Origin: Callorhinchus milii
Taxonomy: Eukaryota
Direction of reading: 5' to 3'
NCBI RefSeq assembly: GCF_018977255.1
Contig: NW_024704743.1
Coordinates: 65,536,001-65,600,000 of the forward strand
Length of the DNA stretch: 64,000 nt
The notes under the pieces are model-generated. The model had not been told where the DNA came from, ran no database searches, and saw only the letters and a program-made list of their open reading frames with translations. A program made the translations under genes and the position numbers. This document shows positions 13,255-25,032 of the stretch, piece after piece (the first letter of the stretch is position 1; each line of letters begins with the position of its first letter).

Positions 13255-13682
13255 TCCTCTCTCTCGCTTCCTCTTCCACCCTTTTGTTATCACTTAGCTT
13301 CAACCATTCACTCTCTTCCTTGCCCGGCCTCACTGGTTCTCCCATAGGATTGACTTCAAGATCCTAGACCTCACCTTTAAAGCCCTCCATGGTCTTGCTC
13401 CTCCCTACCTCTGTAACCTATAAAACTACACCAACCTGTCCGCCACTCCCTCCACTCTGCAGCACTGGCTTGCTCCACTTACCCCCCCTGCCTGCTCCAC
13501 TATCAGCGGTTGGGCCTTTAGCCTTTCTATTCTGTCCCTTTGGAACGCCATCCAGGAGCCCCTCTGCCATGGCCTCTTCCTTGCATCCTTCTAAGCCCAT
13601 CTTAAGACATTCCTTTTCAACCGTATCTTGGGTCACCTTGGGATGTGAAAGGCACCATATAAATGCAATTTGTTGTTGTTAT
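13255..13682 (+). mobile_element. L2 3' fragment
   Basis: cactgg...gacttcaagatcct...aaagccctccatggtcttgctcc, and tail atataaatgcaatttgttgttgtt. Confidence 0.85.
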
Positions 13683-14599
13683 CATACCACGTCCTTTATC
13701 AAATGCTTCTCTTTCATGCATGCTCTCCTTTGCCCTTGGCTGGATGACTGTGCTTGGGTTGGAAACATAAATCCTTGGCTCCCACTCTGAATCACTCAAG
13801 TAATCTTGTGAAAAAAAACAATCCTTGCATTAGATAGAGGTCTTGTGAGTAATATGCTGTCATGTAATTGTGAAATGGAAAGGTTTCTTGTGTTCTGGAA
13901 AACACTCCCTCCGTTGTGTAATATGATTTGTTTTGCTCTTGGCAGAATGCTCCCCTACTTCAAAACAATAGTTTCAGTTCTATTTCAATCTGTACCGAAA
14001 ACCCGTGTTGTGAGAGACGTGACAAAAATAGTCAAATCAGCAGAGTGACAGATACTTTTTTAGTCATGTGTATTGACTGGATAATCTAACCCTCATTTCA
14101 GCTCTTTGAGCTTTTGGAACAAGAGATATATATAAATAAATATTTTAGCTACCATTCTGTCATATTCCCTGGACTATATATAGTCACTCCTGTTATAATG
14201 CACTTCAATATAGTGCAGTTTATGTGGACCTCCAGTGTACCAGAAAGGTGCTATTCCAGCTTCCACAGCTGCCTGAAGAATGGATAATTATCAACACAAT
14301 GTTAATATCATTCCTCAGAGCAGGTATGAATAACTAAATTGATTGATTGTGTGTTTCAGATGACTGATAGAGGTTAGGTCATTGATTGTATGTTACAGAT
14401 CATTGATACAGTTTAAATAATTCATGCATTGAAATGTACTTAATCAATGTTGATAAATATTTGACTTGGAACTTTTCCTCACACCACAGCAGTTTAAGAG
14501 AATACTATTTCCTCATTGGCTCAAAAAAGAGACGATGTTCAAAACATAGGTGAAAAGTAATCGTATAGGTGTTATAGCTGTAGCTCGTCTCCATTATAT

Positions 14600-14693
14600 C
14601 ACAAAAAACCCACAATATTGCAGATGCTAGAAATCTGAACCAAAAACAGAAGTCGCTGGGAACACTCAGCAGGTCAGGCAGCATCTATGGAGT
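14600..14693. mobile_element. 94-bp insertion resembling a chondrichthyan Penelope-associated terminal repeat, with 13-bp TSD
   Basis: gtctccattatat at 14587-14599 and again at 14694-14706. Body reads tgcagatgctagaaatctgaa...actcagcaggtcaggcagcatct. Confidence 0.7.
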
Positions 14694-14924
14694 GTCTCCA
14701 TTATATTATGGTGGTTTGAGTCAATAAAATCAGACTCCAAGTTAAAATGGGTTGAGTTAGAGTAAATGGCTGCCAATCAGCACTTCCTGGTTGCAAGATC
14801 GCATCTGGTGTCACTTCCTGGGCATTGTATGAAGATGCAAAGTGTACAGGAAGTAGGCAACTGCTCTTCAAAGAGTTTCAAGTGGTTGGACACTGTTAGT
14901 CACAGTTACTACACCTTACTCTAA

Positions 14925-15420
14925 CAATAATAACAAAATTACATTTACAGAGCGCCTTTCACGTTGGGAGGACGTCCCAAAGTGTTGAACAGTCAGGTGT
15001 CGGGGCCCGAGCATGGGGGAGGGGTGGTGTAGGGATCACGGAAGGCAGAGAGGTGGGTGGGAGACCAAAGGCATGGTTGAAGAGAAGGGTCTTGAGACCG
15101 GTCTTGAAGGAGGCAAGGGAGGAAGAGAGGCGAAGGGACCGTGGGATGGAGTTCCAGAGTGTGGGGGCAGAGAGGCTGAAAGCCCGGTCGGTCACTGATG
15201 GTAGGGCGGGTCGGGCAGGAGACATGGAGCAGACTGGAGCCCGATGAACGAGAGGAGCAGGTCAGAGAGAGGTAGGAGGGGCCAAGGCCATGGATGGCCT
15301 TAAAGGAGAGGACGAGGATCTTGAACTTGATCCTCTGGGGGATGGGGAGCCAGTGGAGTCGGGCGAGGGTGGGAGTGATGGGGTCATGGAGCCTGGTACG
15401 TGAGAGTACACGAGCTGCAG
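14925..15420 (-). mobile_element. L2 3' fragment
   Basis: The reverse translates DRAFSLSAPTLWNSIPRSLRLSSSLASFKTGLKTLLF. Confidence 0.9.
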
Positions 15421-15464
15421 ACGTTTGGATGTGAAGAGTTTTGAGACATCTTGATAGAAAGTTC

Positions 15465-15683
15465 TGCCTTCAGCCACTACACCCCGAGGCGCTGCAACTC
15501 CCTTCCTCACTCCCTTCGCCTCGCCCCCTCGCTTCCTATTTTTAGATCTCAGCTGAAGACCTTTCTTTTCGATCGCGCCTTTGGTCACCCCCCTCCCCCT
15601 CCCCCTCCCCCTGGCTTAGCCCCGGGATCTGTTACTGTAAAGCGTCTGGAGGGCGTTATATAAATACAAGTTGTTGTTATTGT
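15465..15683 (+). mobile_element. L2 3' end
   Basis: NSLPHSLRLAPSLPIFRSQLKTFLFDRAF plus a (TTG)n tail. Confidence 0.85.
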
Positions 15684-15739
15684 AGAAATTTACTGGAAAG
15701 CAGCTATATTAAATGCAAAAATCATTATTATTACACTTG

Positions 15740-15970
15740 AGGCCATTGCTGCTGCTCCCTTTCCTCCTTCAAGGCCGGTCTCAAGACCTTCCTCTTTGAC
15801 CGTGCCTTCAGCTCTCCTCTCGACTCTCTTCCCCCTCCTCGCTCCCTCCCTTCCCTCCCCTCACCCTGACCATTTCCCCCCTGCTCGGGTCCTGACCCAA
15901 CTGTACAGCGCCTTGGGACGTCCTCCCGACGTGAAAGGCGCTCTATAAATGGAATCTTGTTGTTGTTGTA
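15740..15970 (+). mobile_element. L2 3' end
   Basis: ttcaaggccggtctcaagaccttcctctttgaccgtgcc and tail gcgccttgggacgtcctcccgacgtgaaaggcgc...(TTG)n. Confidence 0.9.
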
Positions 15971-16469
15971 TTTCTGATCTGCTATGCTTTTCTTTGCTTC
16001 TATCCACTAATAAGGTATTTAAGTCTCTAAGGAAGTTGCTGTCATTTTTAAATTGCGGTCTTGGAATGTTTTGGAATGAATTATCTTTAATGACCCTGAT
16101 GTACTCTCTCTGCTTACACTACAAACTTTGTATTGATTCAGTATAATCCTGCAGCCTAAAACCCCCTAGCTAAATGAATCAGGTATAAACACTGATTTGA
16201 TGGATTATATACCTAGAACGGGTTTTTAAGCAATTTTAAACTATGCAAAGTGCCTGATTTTTTTTCACAGCACAAAGAGAATGTTTGATCTTCCTAGTCA
16301 TGTTTGTGGGGCCTGTTTGGCTTTGAGAATTTTCCATATTCTGTTTCTTTACCAAATTCAGTTGTTTTGCTGGTGTGTTTGGAATTACCAACAATCTGAG
16401 AAGCAGGCCCACAGCTATTTTGAGATGAAGCATGTGACAAAAAAAATTATAAAATCCTCTCTGATGGTC

Positions 16470-16685
16470 TAAAGCAATGCAGAACTGCACCAGGTTAAGG
16501 AAGGCAAAAGTAGCCAGAATTTCTGTTAATGATCACTATTCCAGAGACTTATGCAGGAAGGTGTGTGTATAATCTTTGGGTGAGGACAGGACTGACTCAA
16601 TTGTGAGTCGAGTACCCTGCAAACATTCACTGTCAAGAGTCACAAATGATTGATGCCACCTGAGCAAAGTATCAGAGGGTCTGTG
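16470..16685 (+). mobile_element. Ancient SINE fragment (AmnSINE2-like from memory)
   Basis: Shares gatcactat..cca, gggtgaggacagga and cactgtc motifs with 36095-36480. Confidence 0.55.
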
Positions 16686-17020
16686 ATTATTAGTGGAAGC
16701 GCACCAGAGCATAAACAACAACAATAATTTGCATTTGTAGAGTGCACTTCGCGAGGGATAGCGTCTCAGAGCACTAAACAGTGGCCGAGCTTGATCTGAA
16801 GACAGACAAACAGGAGGCAAAGTGAAGGTATTGAGGCTGAGAAAAAGAGTCAAACCCCTTCAGAAGGAAGGAAGTGAATGTGGGAAAAGATGCTAGTGTT
16901 GGAAAATCTCTTACAGAACTATGCAGAGCAACAAATTAGAATTAAAAATGGGATTTCATTGATTTTTCTTTCGTTTTAATGTTTCCTATGACATGCAATT
17001 TGATCATCATTGACTTTAAT

Positions 17021-17381
17021 CTTGTAATCCGGTTTGGTTAGAGCACTCACCTCACACATGTGGCAGGATTTGGGTTTGATTCCCCGGGCAGGGCGAAACG
17101 TTGGGCAAGTTTCCTTACTCCACACGTCTCTATTTACCTACCGATAAGTAGGAACCCGGTTGTTAGTTGATTGGCGGATCGCTTTTCCAGGGGTAATAAT
17201 CCCTTTAAAAAAACATGGGTTACTCAAACCATGACTGTGGGACACTGCTGCAAGCAATTGGCAGCTGTGTTTCATCCAAAAAATATACAGTCAATTCACT
17301 TTACAGTATATTCTGTGAAGAGATTTGAGACGTCTCAAAGACGTGATAAGGTGCTCTATCAATTGCAAGAATTATTATTAT
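17021..17381 (+). mobile_element. tRNA-headed SINE with Deu 3' part and L2-type tail, long variant
   Basis: ggttagagcactc...gggtttgattccc head, tttaccta..taagtaggaacccggttgttag block, (TTA)n tail. Confidence 0.9.
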
Positions 17382-18247
17382 AATGTTGACTAGCCTTATG
17401 TATGGCAGATGGCAAAATGTAACTGCTGAAAGGCACACTCGATCCGCTTTTGTCCATTGTTAAAATAAAAAAAAGGCATTTGAGAAAACCTCGGTCACTT
17501 ATAATCCTTCAGTTAAAAAGCATTTCATATAGCTGTACTTAATTAGCTATGTAATTTCAAATGACCTTCAGATTGTTTTTCTGGAAAGCAGCAGAGGTGA
17601 AGAGTTGCTTAAATTTGAGCTCCTGCTAGCTGTTGTTAGGGATTACCTGGATCTTGCACTGCTGCTCTGTCTCAGATAAAGACTGTGACCTTCTGAACAT
17701 TTAGGAAAAACTTTTTATCGTGTTTTTATCATGTGAATATGAGTCTTGAAAAATTACTGTTGAATATAAAAACGCAGCTGTCTTTTGCAACAGTAGGATT
17801 CCACAAATAGTCAATTAAAATGGAGGATTGTGAGCCAGGGTTCTGTGCTACACTTTAATTTCTCAGACTTGATTTAACTCTAACCCAGACACATGGGATC
17901 AAAGTCTGTTCTGTATCATGCCACTGAGTAAGTTTCTAGTGAATCACTATCAATTGCCTGGAATAAATAGGGACTCTTGACACCACAGATTGTGCTGGAA
18001 CCCTGCACCGAATGATGATCATGGTGGGTATGAATTACCGGGGACTTGTTCCTCTATGTGGGAAATTTCATTGGGAATGTTCATTTACCATGCCATGAAA
18101 TGTTCAGTGCACTGTATTTTAATGTTATGAGAGAGCTGATGATGTGACTTGCATTTTAATACCAGTAAGAAGCAAACCCTCAATTTTAATGCTCTGTGTT
18201 TGCACTGAATGGTTCATTTGTGTTCATTCTGCCTGATTCAGAGCTAT

Positions 18248-19780
18248 TATAATAATATTCCTTGCATTTGACATAGCGCCATATCACGTCTTTGAGATGT
18301 CTTGAAACACTTCACAGAATATACTGGAAAGTGAATTGACTATATTTTGTCCGCAAAACTTTTGAAAGCGCTTCACAGGATTCACTGTAAAGTGTAGAAA
18401 CTGTACTTTGAGGGCGAACCCGGCAGCCAAATCGTGCAAAGTAGTGGTCCACAAGCAGCATAAAGTGAATTTCCGATTGTATTTGGGGTACTTTTGGCCA
18501 GAACATGTAGGGAAACTCCCTTCATTGTGCTGTTGAGCAGGAAGTGAAATTCAGACTTTACTCTCCTCATCATAAAGCACATTGTTTCTGGCTGCATAAA
18601 CATAAGAAAAGATAGGCTTGTGATATAGATATAATCCTTGCATTTGATATAGCATCTTATCACGTCTTTGAGACGTCTCAATTATGTATGAGTAATGTGA
18701 TTCATTGCTTTAATGTGGTATGAAAACAAATTTTTTTTTTGAAAGAGACTGTTTCCCAGCCTTAATACCATTGAAAACTGTACCTTGCTCTCATAGTCAT
18801 TTGATGGTTGTTTGTGGCTGCTGCATTCACCTAAATAGTCCACAGTCATTACATTTTACAGTAAATCACGTGAAGCACTTTGAGACATTCTCCCAAAGTG
18901 AAAGAGGCTATGTCAAATGCAAGAATTATTATTATTGTAAATGTTATTCATTTTAGTTTTTAATGATTTCTTTATATAAGAACTTTTTTTAAAGTCAGAA
19001 TTCTTGTGGTGGAAAGAAAAACTAACTGACTGGGCAAAAGCACAGGCTGTGATTGAGTGACTGAGGTGGATCAGACGTTGGCTGATCCACTGACGTTCTG
19101 CATCATGCTTCCAGATAGTCATGTGAGGTGCAAACTGCAGAATTCATAAGGAGTTAAAAGTGCAAATTTCTGTTAACCATGCAGTTATCAGTGAGTTATT
19201 ATTTCTAAAGTGAGGAGTTTGTAGGTGAGGCCTGTTCCTGGATTCTTCTTTACCAAAACCTTGTCATGCTGCGTTCATTCTGCAGTGAGCACTCCAGTTC
19301 AAACGTTATCATTAGGGATTTGTTTGTGACACAGATTCTTTAGTAAGAAATGCTAGTAGCCCAAATGAGGACTGCTTCCTATAACAACTTATCCCTCCAA
19401 ACATTGATCTGTTCTGCTCATAGTTTCCACTCTACTTCCTGACATGGCTGACTGGAATTATAATAAATAATCGTTGTGTTTGATACAACGCCTTATCATG
19501 TCGGAAGGACATTTCAAAGCGCTTCACTTGAATTACTGTGAAATAAAAGGACTGTATTTGTAAGCAAATGCTGCAACACAATTGCGCGCAGCAATCAATG
19601 TCCAACAAACAGCCATGGAACGAGTGACCAATTTTATTTGGGGGATTGTTGGCTAGGGTACAGTCAGTAGCTCCCTTCTGTTTTTGAAAAGTGCCATGGA
19701 ATCTTTAATATCCATCTGGACAGGCAGGCAAGACCTTGATTTAACATCTCGACCCCTGGTGTTGTGCTCTGCCACTATCA
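18248..19780. mobile_element. Cluster of SINE tail and DeuSINE fragments (about 18248-18510 -, 18630-18685 -, 18800-18938 +, 19460-19780 -)
   Basis: Repeated ccttgcatttgatatagcg and gcgcttcacag motifs. Confidence 0.75.
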
Positions 19781-20264
19781 AGCGTTCTGGAACAGTACTC
19801 TGCGTGAGGGGCGCTATATAAATGCAAGTTGTTGGTGCGGTGTGAATCCTAACCTCAACGGAGTCTGTGGCAGTAAACTAGCGTTAGCTGGCTGCTTGCA
19901 CTCAAATCACATCACGTAAAGTAATGCTCAGTACATGTGACCCTGTGACTCAATATATTAGCAACAAATATCCATGTTTGCATTTTTTCCCTCATAAGCT
20001 TCCTCTCCTGAAAGCCCTAACTCATATTTACACGGTGCCTGACTGTCCTCTTGTACCTCACACAAGGGGCCATTCTTGATGTGCGATCCCAGACAGTGAG
20101 TGTTGGCAGATGTTTCAACCGTTAAGCATTGCAGGCAAGACTGGTCGTGTCCTTGCACAGAGTCAATACATGACCACTTTCCAACAGAGATAATTATTAA
20201 TGGTAAGCTGCTTTGTTTTATTTGTATCCAGAATTCCTGTTAACAATATTAATCTACGTTATTT

Positions 20265-20490
20265 CTGCGTCCGCTATCTGGAACTCCATCCCACAGTCCC
20301 GCTGCCTCGGCTCTTCCCTTGCCTTCTTCAAGACCCGTCTCAAGACCCTCCTCTTTGATCGTGCCTTCGGTCATCCTCCTACCCTTACCCTCCCCACCCT
20401 CCACCCCTCCTGATCCCAACCACCAGCTCGGTGCAAATCCCTGATTGTCCAGCACCTTAGGACGTAATTTGTTGTTGTTGTTGTTGTGAT
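20265..20490 (+). mobile_element. L2 3' end
   Basis: SAIWNSIPQSRCLGSSLAFFKTRLKTLLFDRAF plus (TTG)n. Confidence 0.85.
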
Positions 20491-21601
20491 GTACATGCAG
20501 TTTCCTGCACAAGGTATATTTTACAGTTTCAACTGCTCGTAACTTTTACGTTGAGTTTTTCCCATTTGAGCCCTTTTTCAAAGGATTCCATGCTCTCAAC
20601 AACTCTGCATGAAAAAGATTCTTTCTCACTTCCCCTTCAATCCTTTCAGTCCCAATGCTGATCTTATGCCCTCTTATTACTGATTTAACAACCAGAGACA
20701 ATAATCATTCACTACCACTGGCTCTATTCCTGGCATTGAGTTGATGAGATCTCTGTACTTTGGTTGACTAGTCCAGGCGAGAGAGAGAGAGAGAGGGAGA
20801 GTGAGCTGTTCTTGGTAACCAGATGGTTTGATTTTTGGAACATTCCAGATTGCTGTTGTGGATTTTAGACCAATGCACTTTTGTATATTTATGACGTATT
20901 CTTTTCACAAAGGACAGCTGCTCTAATTTGATGGTGGGTTGTGATAACTAGGAAGTGACCCCATTATAATGCACTTTGTTACAGCGTGTGTCTGCTTTTC
21001 ATGTTTTATCGCAAACTCATGGGAAAGCAGAAGTTTGGAATACTTCCAGTGCTCACTCACTGGCTTCCTGCCTGTGTACCTGTTTTGTACACGAGGTGCT
21101 GCTAATCAATCAATCAGTCAATCAGTCAGTAAATAAATAATCCTTAAATTTGATATATGTGAGGAAGTCACTTCGAAACTCATGTCCCATCTTGCACACT
21201 GCGAATACGCACCATGGGTGGGGAAATGCCCCACAGAAAGTGATGGGGATGCGTGTGATGTGCATGTGAGTAATGCGCTAGAAGTGGTGTCACCAGTGAC
21301 CTGGAAGTGCTGACAGGGGCTCATCTTTTTGCACTCCCTGTTATAACACGGGGTCTGAGTTTTTGGACCCAAAACCAGCAAATTACAACAACGGCAACAA
21401 CTTGCATTTATATAGCACCCTTCATTCGGGAAACCGCCCTGGAGCGCTTCAAATACAGGAATTATAGTTCTAGAAGCACATTTACGAGCTTTGTTTAGCC
21501 AGAGCCAAAACATCTTAGTAGAGATGTAATAAATCTACTTGTGCTTTGGGCTTGGGATGTCCTCCCGACATGAAAGGCACTATACAAATGTAATCTTGTA
21601 A

Positions 21602-21927
21602 GGAGTCCTGTAGCTCAGTGGCTAGAGCACTCGCTTTGCAAGTGAGAGACCTGAGTTCAATTCCAAGCACAGGGCGAAACCTTGGGCAAGTTTCCTTACG
21701 CTATACGCCTAATTATAATCCCTCCAAAACCAAAAACAATAATAAATTGGTCATTTTCAATCTACGATTGCTTGTGGGACACTGCTGTGCGCAATTGGCT
21801 GCCGCGTTCGCCCACAAATATACAGTCAATTCACTTTACAGTGTGTTCTGTGAAGCGCTTTGGGACGTCCTCCCGACGTGAAAAGCGCTATATCAAATGC
21901 AAGGATTATTATTATTATTATTATTAT
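21602..21927 (+). mobile_element. tRNA-headed SINE, short variant, full length
   Basis: A box tagctcagtgg, B-like gagttcaattcc, Deu segment gctgtgcgcaattggctgccgcg, hairpin tail, (TTA)n. Confidence 0.93.
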
Positions 21928-21959
21928 CTTGTTGTTGTTTTGCCAATAAAACTGTTTAA

Positions 21960-22185
21960 TTGTTGTTATAAGCCTTGGCGCTATTGGAAAATAGAAGGAG
22001 TTTCTCCCCATGTCCTGGCCAACAATCCCCCAAATCAAATTGGCTGTTCACTTCCTGGTTGTTTGTTGGACTTTGCTGTCTTCTTCCACAAAAGTATAGT
22101 CCCTTCACTTTACAGTAAATCCTATGAGGCGCTTTGCGATGTATTCCCAACATGAAAGATGCTGTATCAAATGTCAGGAATAATA
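21960..22185 (+). mobile_element. DeuSINE 3' half
   Basis: ggagtttctccccatgtcctggccaacaatcccc followed by a degraded tail. Confidence 0.7.
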
Positions 22186-23860
22186 TTAGTATAAACAAAG
22201 CAAAAATCATTAACATCTCTAAAATGAGGACTGATAGTACAGTGGTTAGAGTTGGCTATCTCAGCTCATCATCAATGGTGGCTCTCTGGGAGAGATATTG
22301 AGGACCTGTTGAACAATACGTAGGACAGAAGTTCGCCAATTCAACTTTTGAGCCATTTAAGAACAGACACCAAAAAGTATTTCTTGACCCACAGAGTAAC
22401 AAATGGAAAAAAAATATCATTGAGTGTATATGAAGCCAGGCCACTGAACTTGTTTTTTTAAAACAGACTTGATGCTGTATTACAATAAGAAGTCCTCCCG
22501 ATTTGAAAGGCGTTATACAAATGTAATTTTGTATTGTATTAGGAGAATGGTAGAATGAGTATAGTTAAACTCTTCTGAATCGCTCTATGATATATGCAAT
22601 TCTGCACATCCAGCAAGAAAGTGTTGGAAGGAAAGGAGGAAGTAAGAGAAGGGTGGGACGGAAGAGAATTGGGGTGGGTGGGGAAGTTGTGGAGACATGT
22701 GGTCCCATGTGGTTTAGGAAGCATTCTTAAAGATTTCCAATTTTGTGAAAGAGAACTGTCAGATCGTGGAATGAGCAGCAACAAAAGTGATACAACAACT
22801 CGTATGCAAACTTGTTTCACAGAAACAAAGCTTGAAATATCACTATGTGGCTTGCAAGATTAAGAAAAAGGCAGCGCTTGAATCACTCAAGGAACCTGTG
22901 GGGAGAAAGTGGCGAGGTGGATGTCATTATGACTAAAAGTGTTGAACATTTGTGAAGTGCATCATCTTAGTTTGTGCAAGATAAAAATGTGTGGTACAGT
23001 ATCAGTCGATTTGTTTTGGGGAAGGGGGAAATCTAACCTCAGGATGCAGTAACTAATTTGACACTCTTTAGTGAAATACTACTCACAGGAGAGGAGGGGC
23101 AGCTGGATGTTCAAATAATGTAAATGCCTTATTTACAGTGTGGTCAGCGTGGGAAAGACATCAAGACTTACTATAGGTAAATGTTTACACATGGCAGTTT
23201 AAAAAAAGTTTTGCCAGTAAACAATTTACATTTTTGTTCTGAAGTTTACATTCAGGGTGTTGTCAATCTGACTCCTGGTATTCTCCAGATTGATTGGTTG
23301 TTCAGCTTGGGGGACCTTGAGACCACGTTTGCCTTTAAACAATCCCTTTGCCAGCAATCACTTGTGAATAGCTTTTAGATGGTTCAGCATAATAATGTGG
23401 TATAAAAATACAGGTTCATTCTTAGATCTGGGTCACCATGCTGCTCTGCATCACCGGCTCCTGTTAATCGTAGAGGTAGGATCTAGCTGTATGAAGTGGA
23501 CACTTAGAAACTAAGCCTTGATTTGGAATTTTTTTGTTTACAATGGTTAGTTTCCTGAGCAAACTGAATTTCAAGTGGAATTTTTTTATGCGAGAAACCG
23601 ACTTTAATGATTAACCTCAGGAACAGGCAATTTATTTGTGATGCTTCACTGCTTTAGTTGGTGTTCGTGTCATTTCATTCTAACTGTTGAATTAATTTTA
23701 ATTGTTTGAGAAAAATATGTCGTATAACAGCATATTACAGAGTGTTTGACTCTCACGCTTTGAATCCTAACTGAATGTTTAACTGAAAATATTTTTAATT
23801 GCAAATTCAATTTAGGAATGGAACTTTAAAGTGGTAACGCGGATATAGAAAAAGAAGTTA

Positions 23861-24212
23861 AATAATAATAATCCTTGCATTTGATATAGGGCCTTCTCAC
23901 GTCTTTGAGATGTCTGAAAGCGCTTCACAGAATATATTGTAAAATGAATTGACTGTATATTTTGTGGGCTAAACATGGCAACCAATTGGGCATAGCAGTG
24001 TCCCACAAACACTCGTGGATTGAGTGACCACATTTATTTTTAAGGGATTATTACCACCAGAAAAACGATCTGCCAATTGACTAATAATCGGGTTCCTGCT
24101 TACTGCTAGGTAAACAGAGGTGTATGGAGTAAGGAAACTTGCCCAACATTTCGAACCCAGGTCCTCTTATGTGCGAGGCGAGTACTCTAACCACTAAAGT
24201 ACAGGACTCCAC
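23861..24212 (-). mobile_element. tRNA-headed SINE, long variant
   Basis: Reverse complement of the family at 24672. Confidence 0.9.
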
Positions 24213-24289
24213 ACGATTTCTGTAACACTCTTGTCTCAAACATGTAATTGCTGTCAACTTTATTGACTGTTTTTGTAGACGAACCCTTT

Positions 24290-24570
24290 AATTATTTGCA
24301 CCAACAAGGTCCAACTTACACCCATGAGGTGAATGATCAATTAATTTGTATGAATGTTGTAGGTCATAAAACCGGAAGGCACTGCTGTCTCCTTTGAATA
24401 TTGTTGTGAAATCTTTAACATCCACCTGAACATGAAATTGAAATCTCATGTGAAAGACTCCAGCTCAGATAACACGGCTCTCGACTGGAGTGTCAGCTTG
24501 GATTATCTGCTCAAATCTCAATTTGGTCTTGAACGCATAACCTTTTGATCCAGGATTAAGCTGACAGACT
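24290..24570 (-). mobile_element. DeuSINE (SacSINE1-like), degraded
   Basis: The reverse reads ataatccaagctgacactccag...ttcaggtggatgttaaagat. Confidence 0.7.
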
Positions 24571-24671
24571 AATTTCTACAGTAGACTTTGCATGTTCCCC
24601 TTGTACTCTGATTCTTTGACAGTGAAAAGTTAAGCTACTCCCACACAATCATTTGATGTGAAAAGGTAGAG

Positions 24672-25032
24672 TGGGGTCCTGTAGTTTAGTGGTTAGAGTA
24701 CTCATCTCGAAAGCGAGAGGACCTGGATTTGATTCCAGGGCATGTTGGGGAAGTTTCCTTACTCCACACTCCTCTGTTCACCTAGCAGTAATTAGGAACC
24801 CGGTCGTTCGTTGATTGACATATCGTTCTTCCTGGGTTAATAAACCCTTAAAAAAAATCATTCACTCAATCCACGACTGCTTGTAGGACATTGCTGCGTG
24901 CAAATTGGCTGCCTTGTTTCTCCCACAAAATATACAGTCCATTCACTTTACAGTATATTCTGTGAAGCGCTTTGAGACGTCTCGAAGACGTGATAAGACG
25001 CTGTATCAAATGCAAGGATTATTATTATTATT
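24672..25032 (+). mobile_element. tRNA-headed SINE, long variant, full length
   Basis: gtcctgtagtttagtggttagagtactc...gacctggatttgattcc...(TTA)n. Confidence 0.92.

Noticed and set aside
21682..22155. Recurring similar ORFs (also 61627-62109, 34130-34327) suggesting a gene family
   Set aside because: Chance translations of the same SINE.
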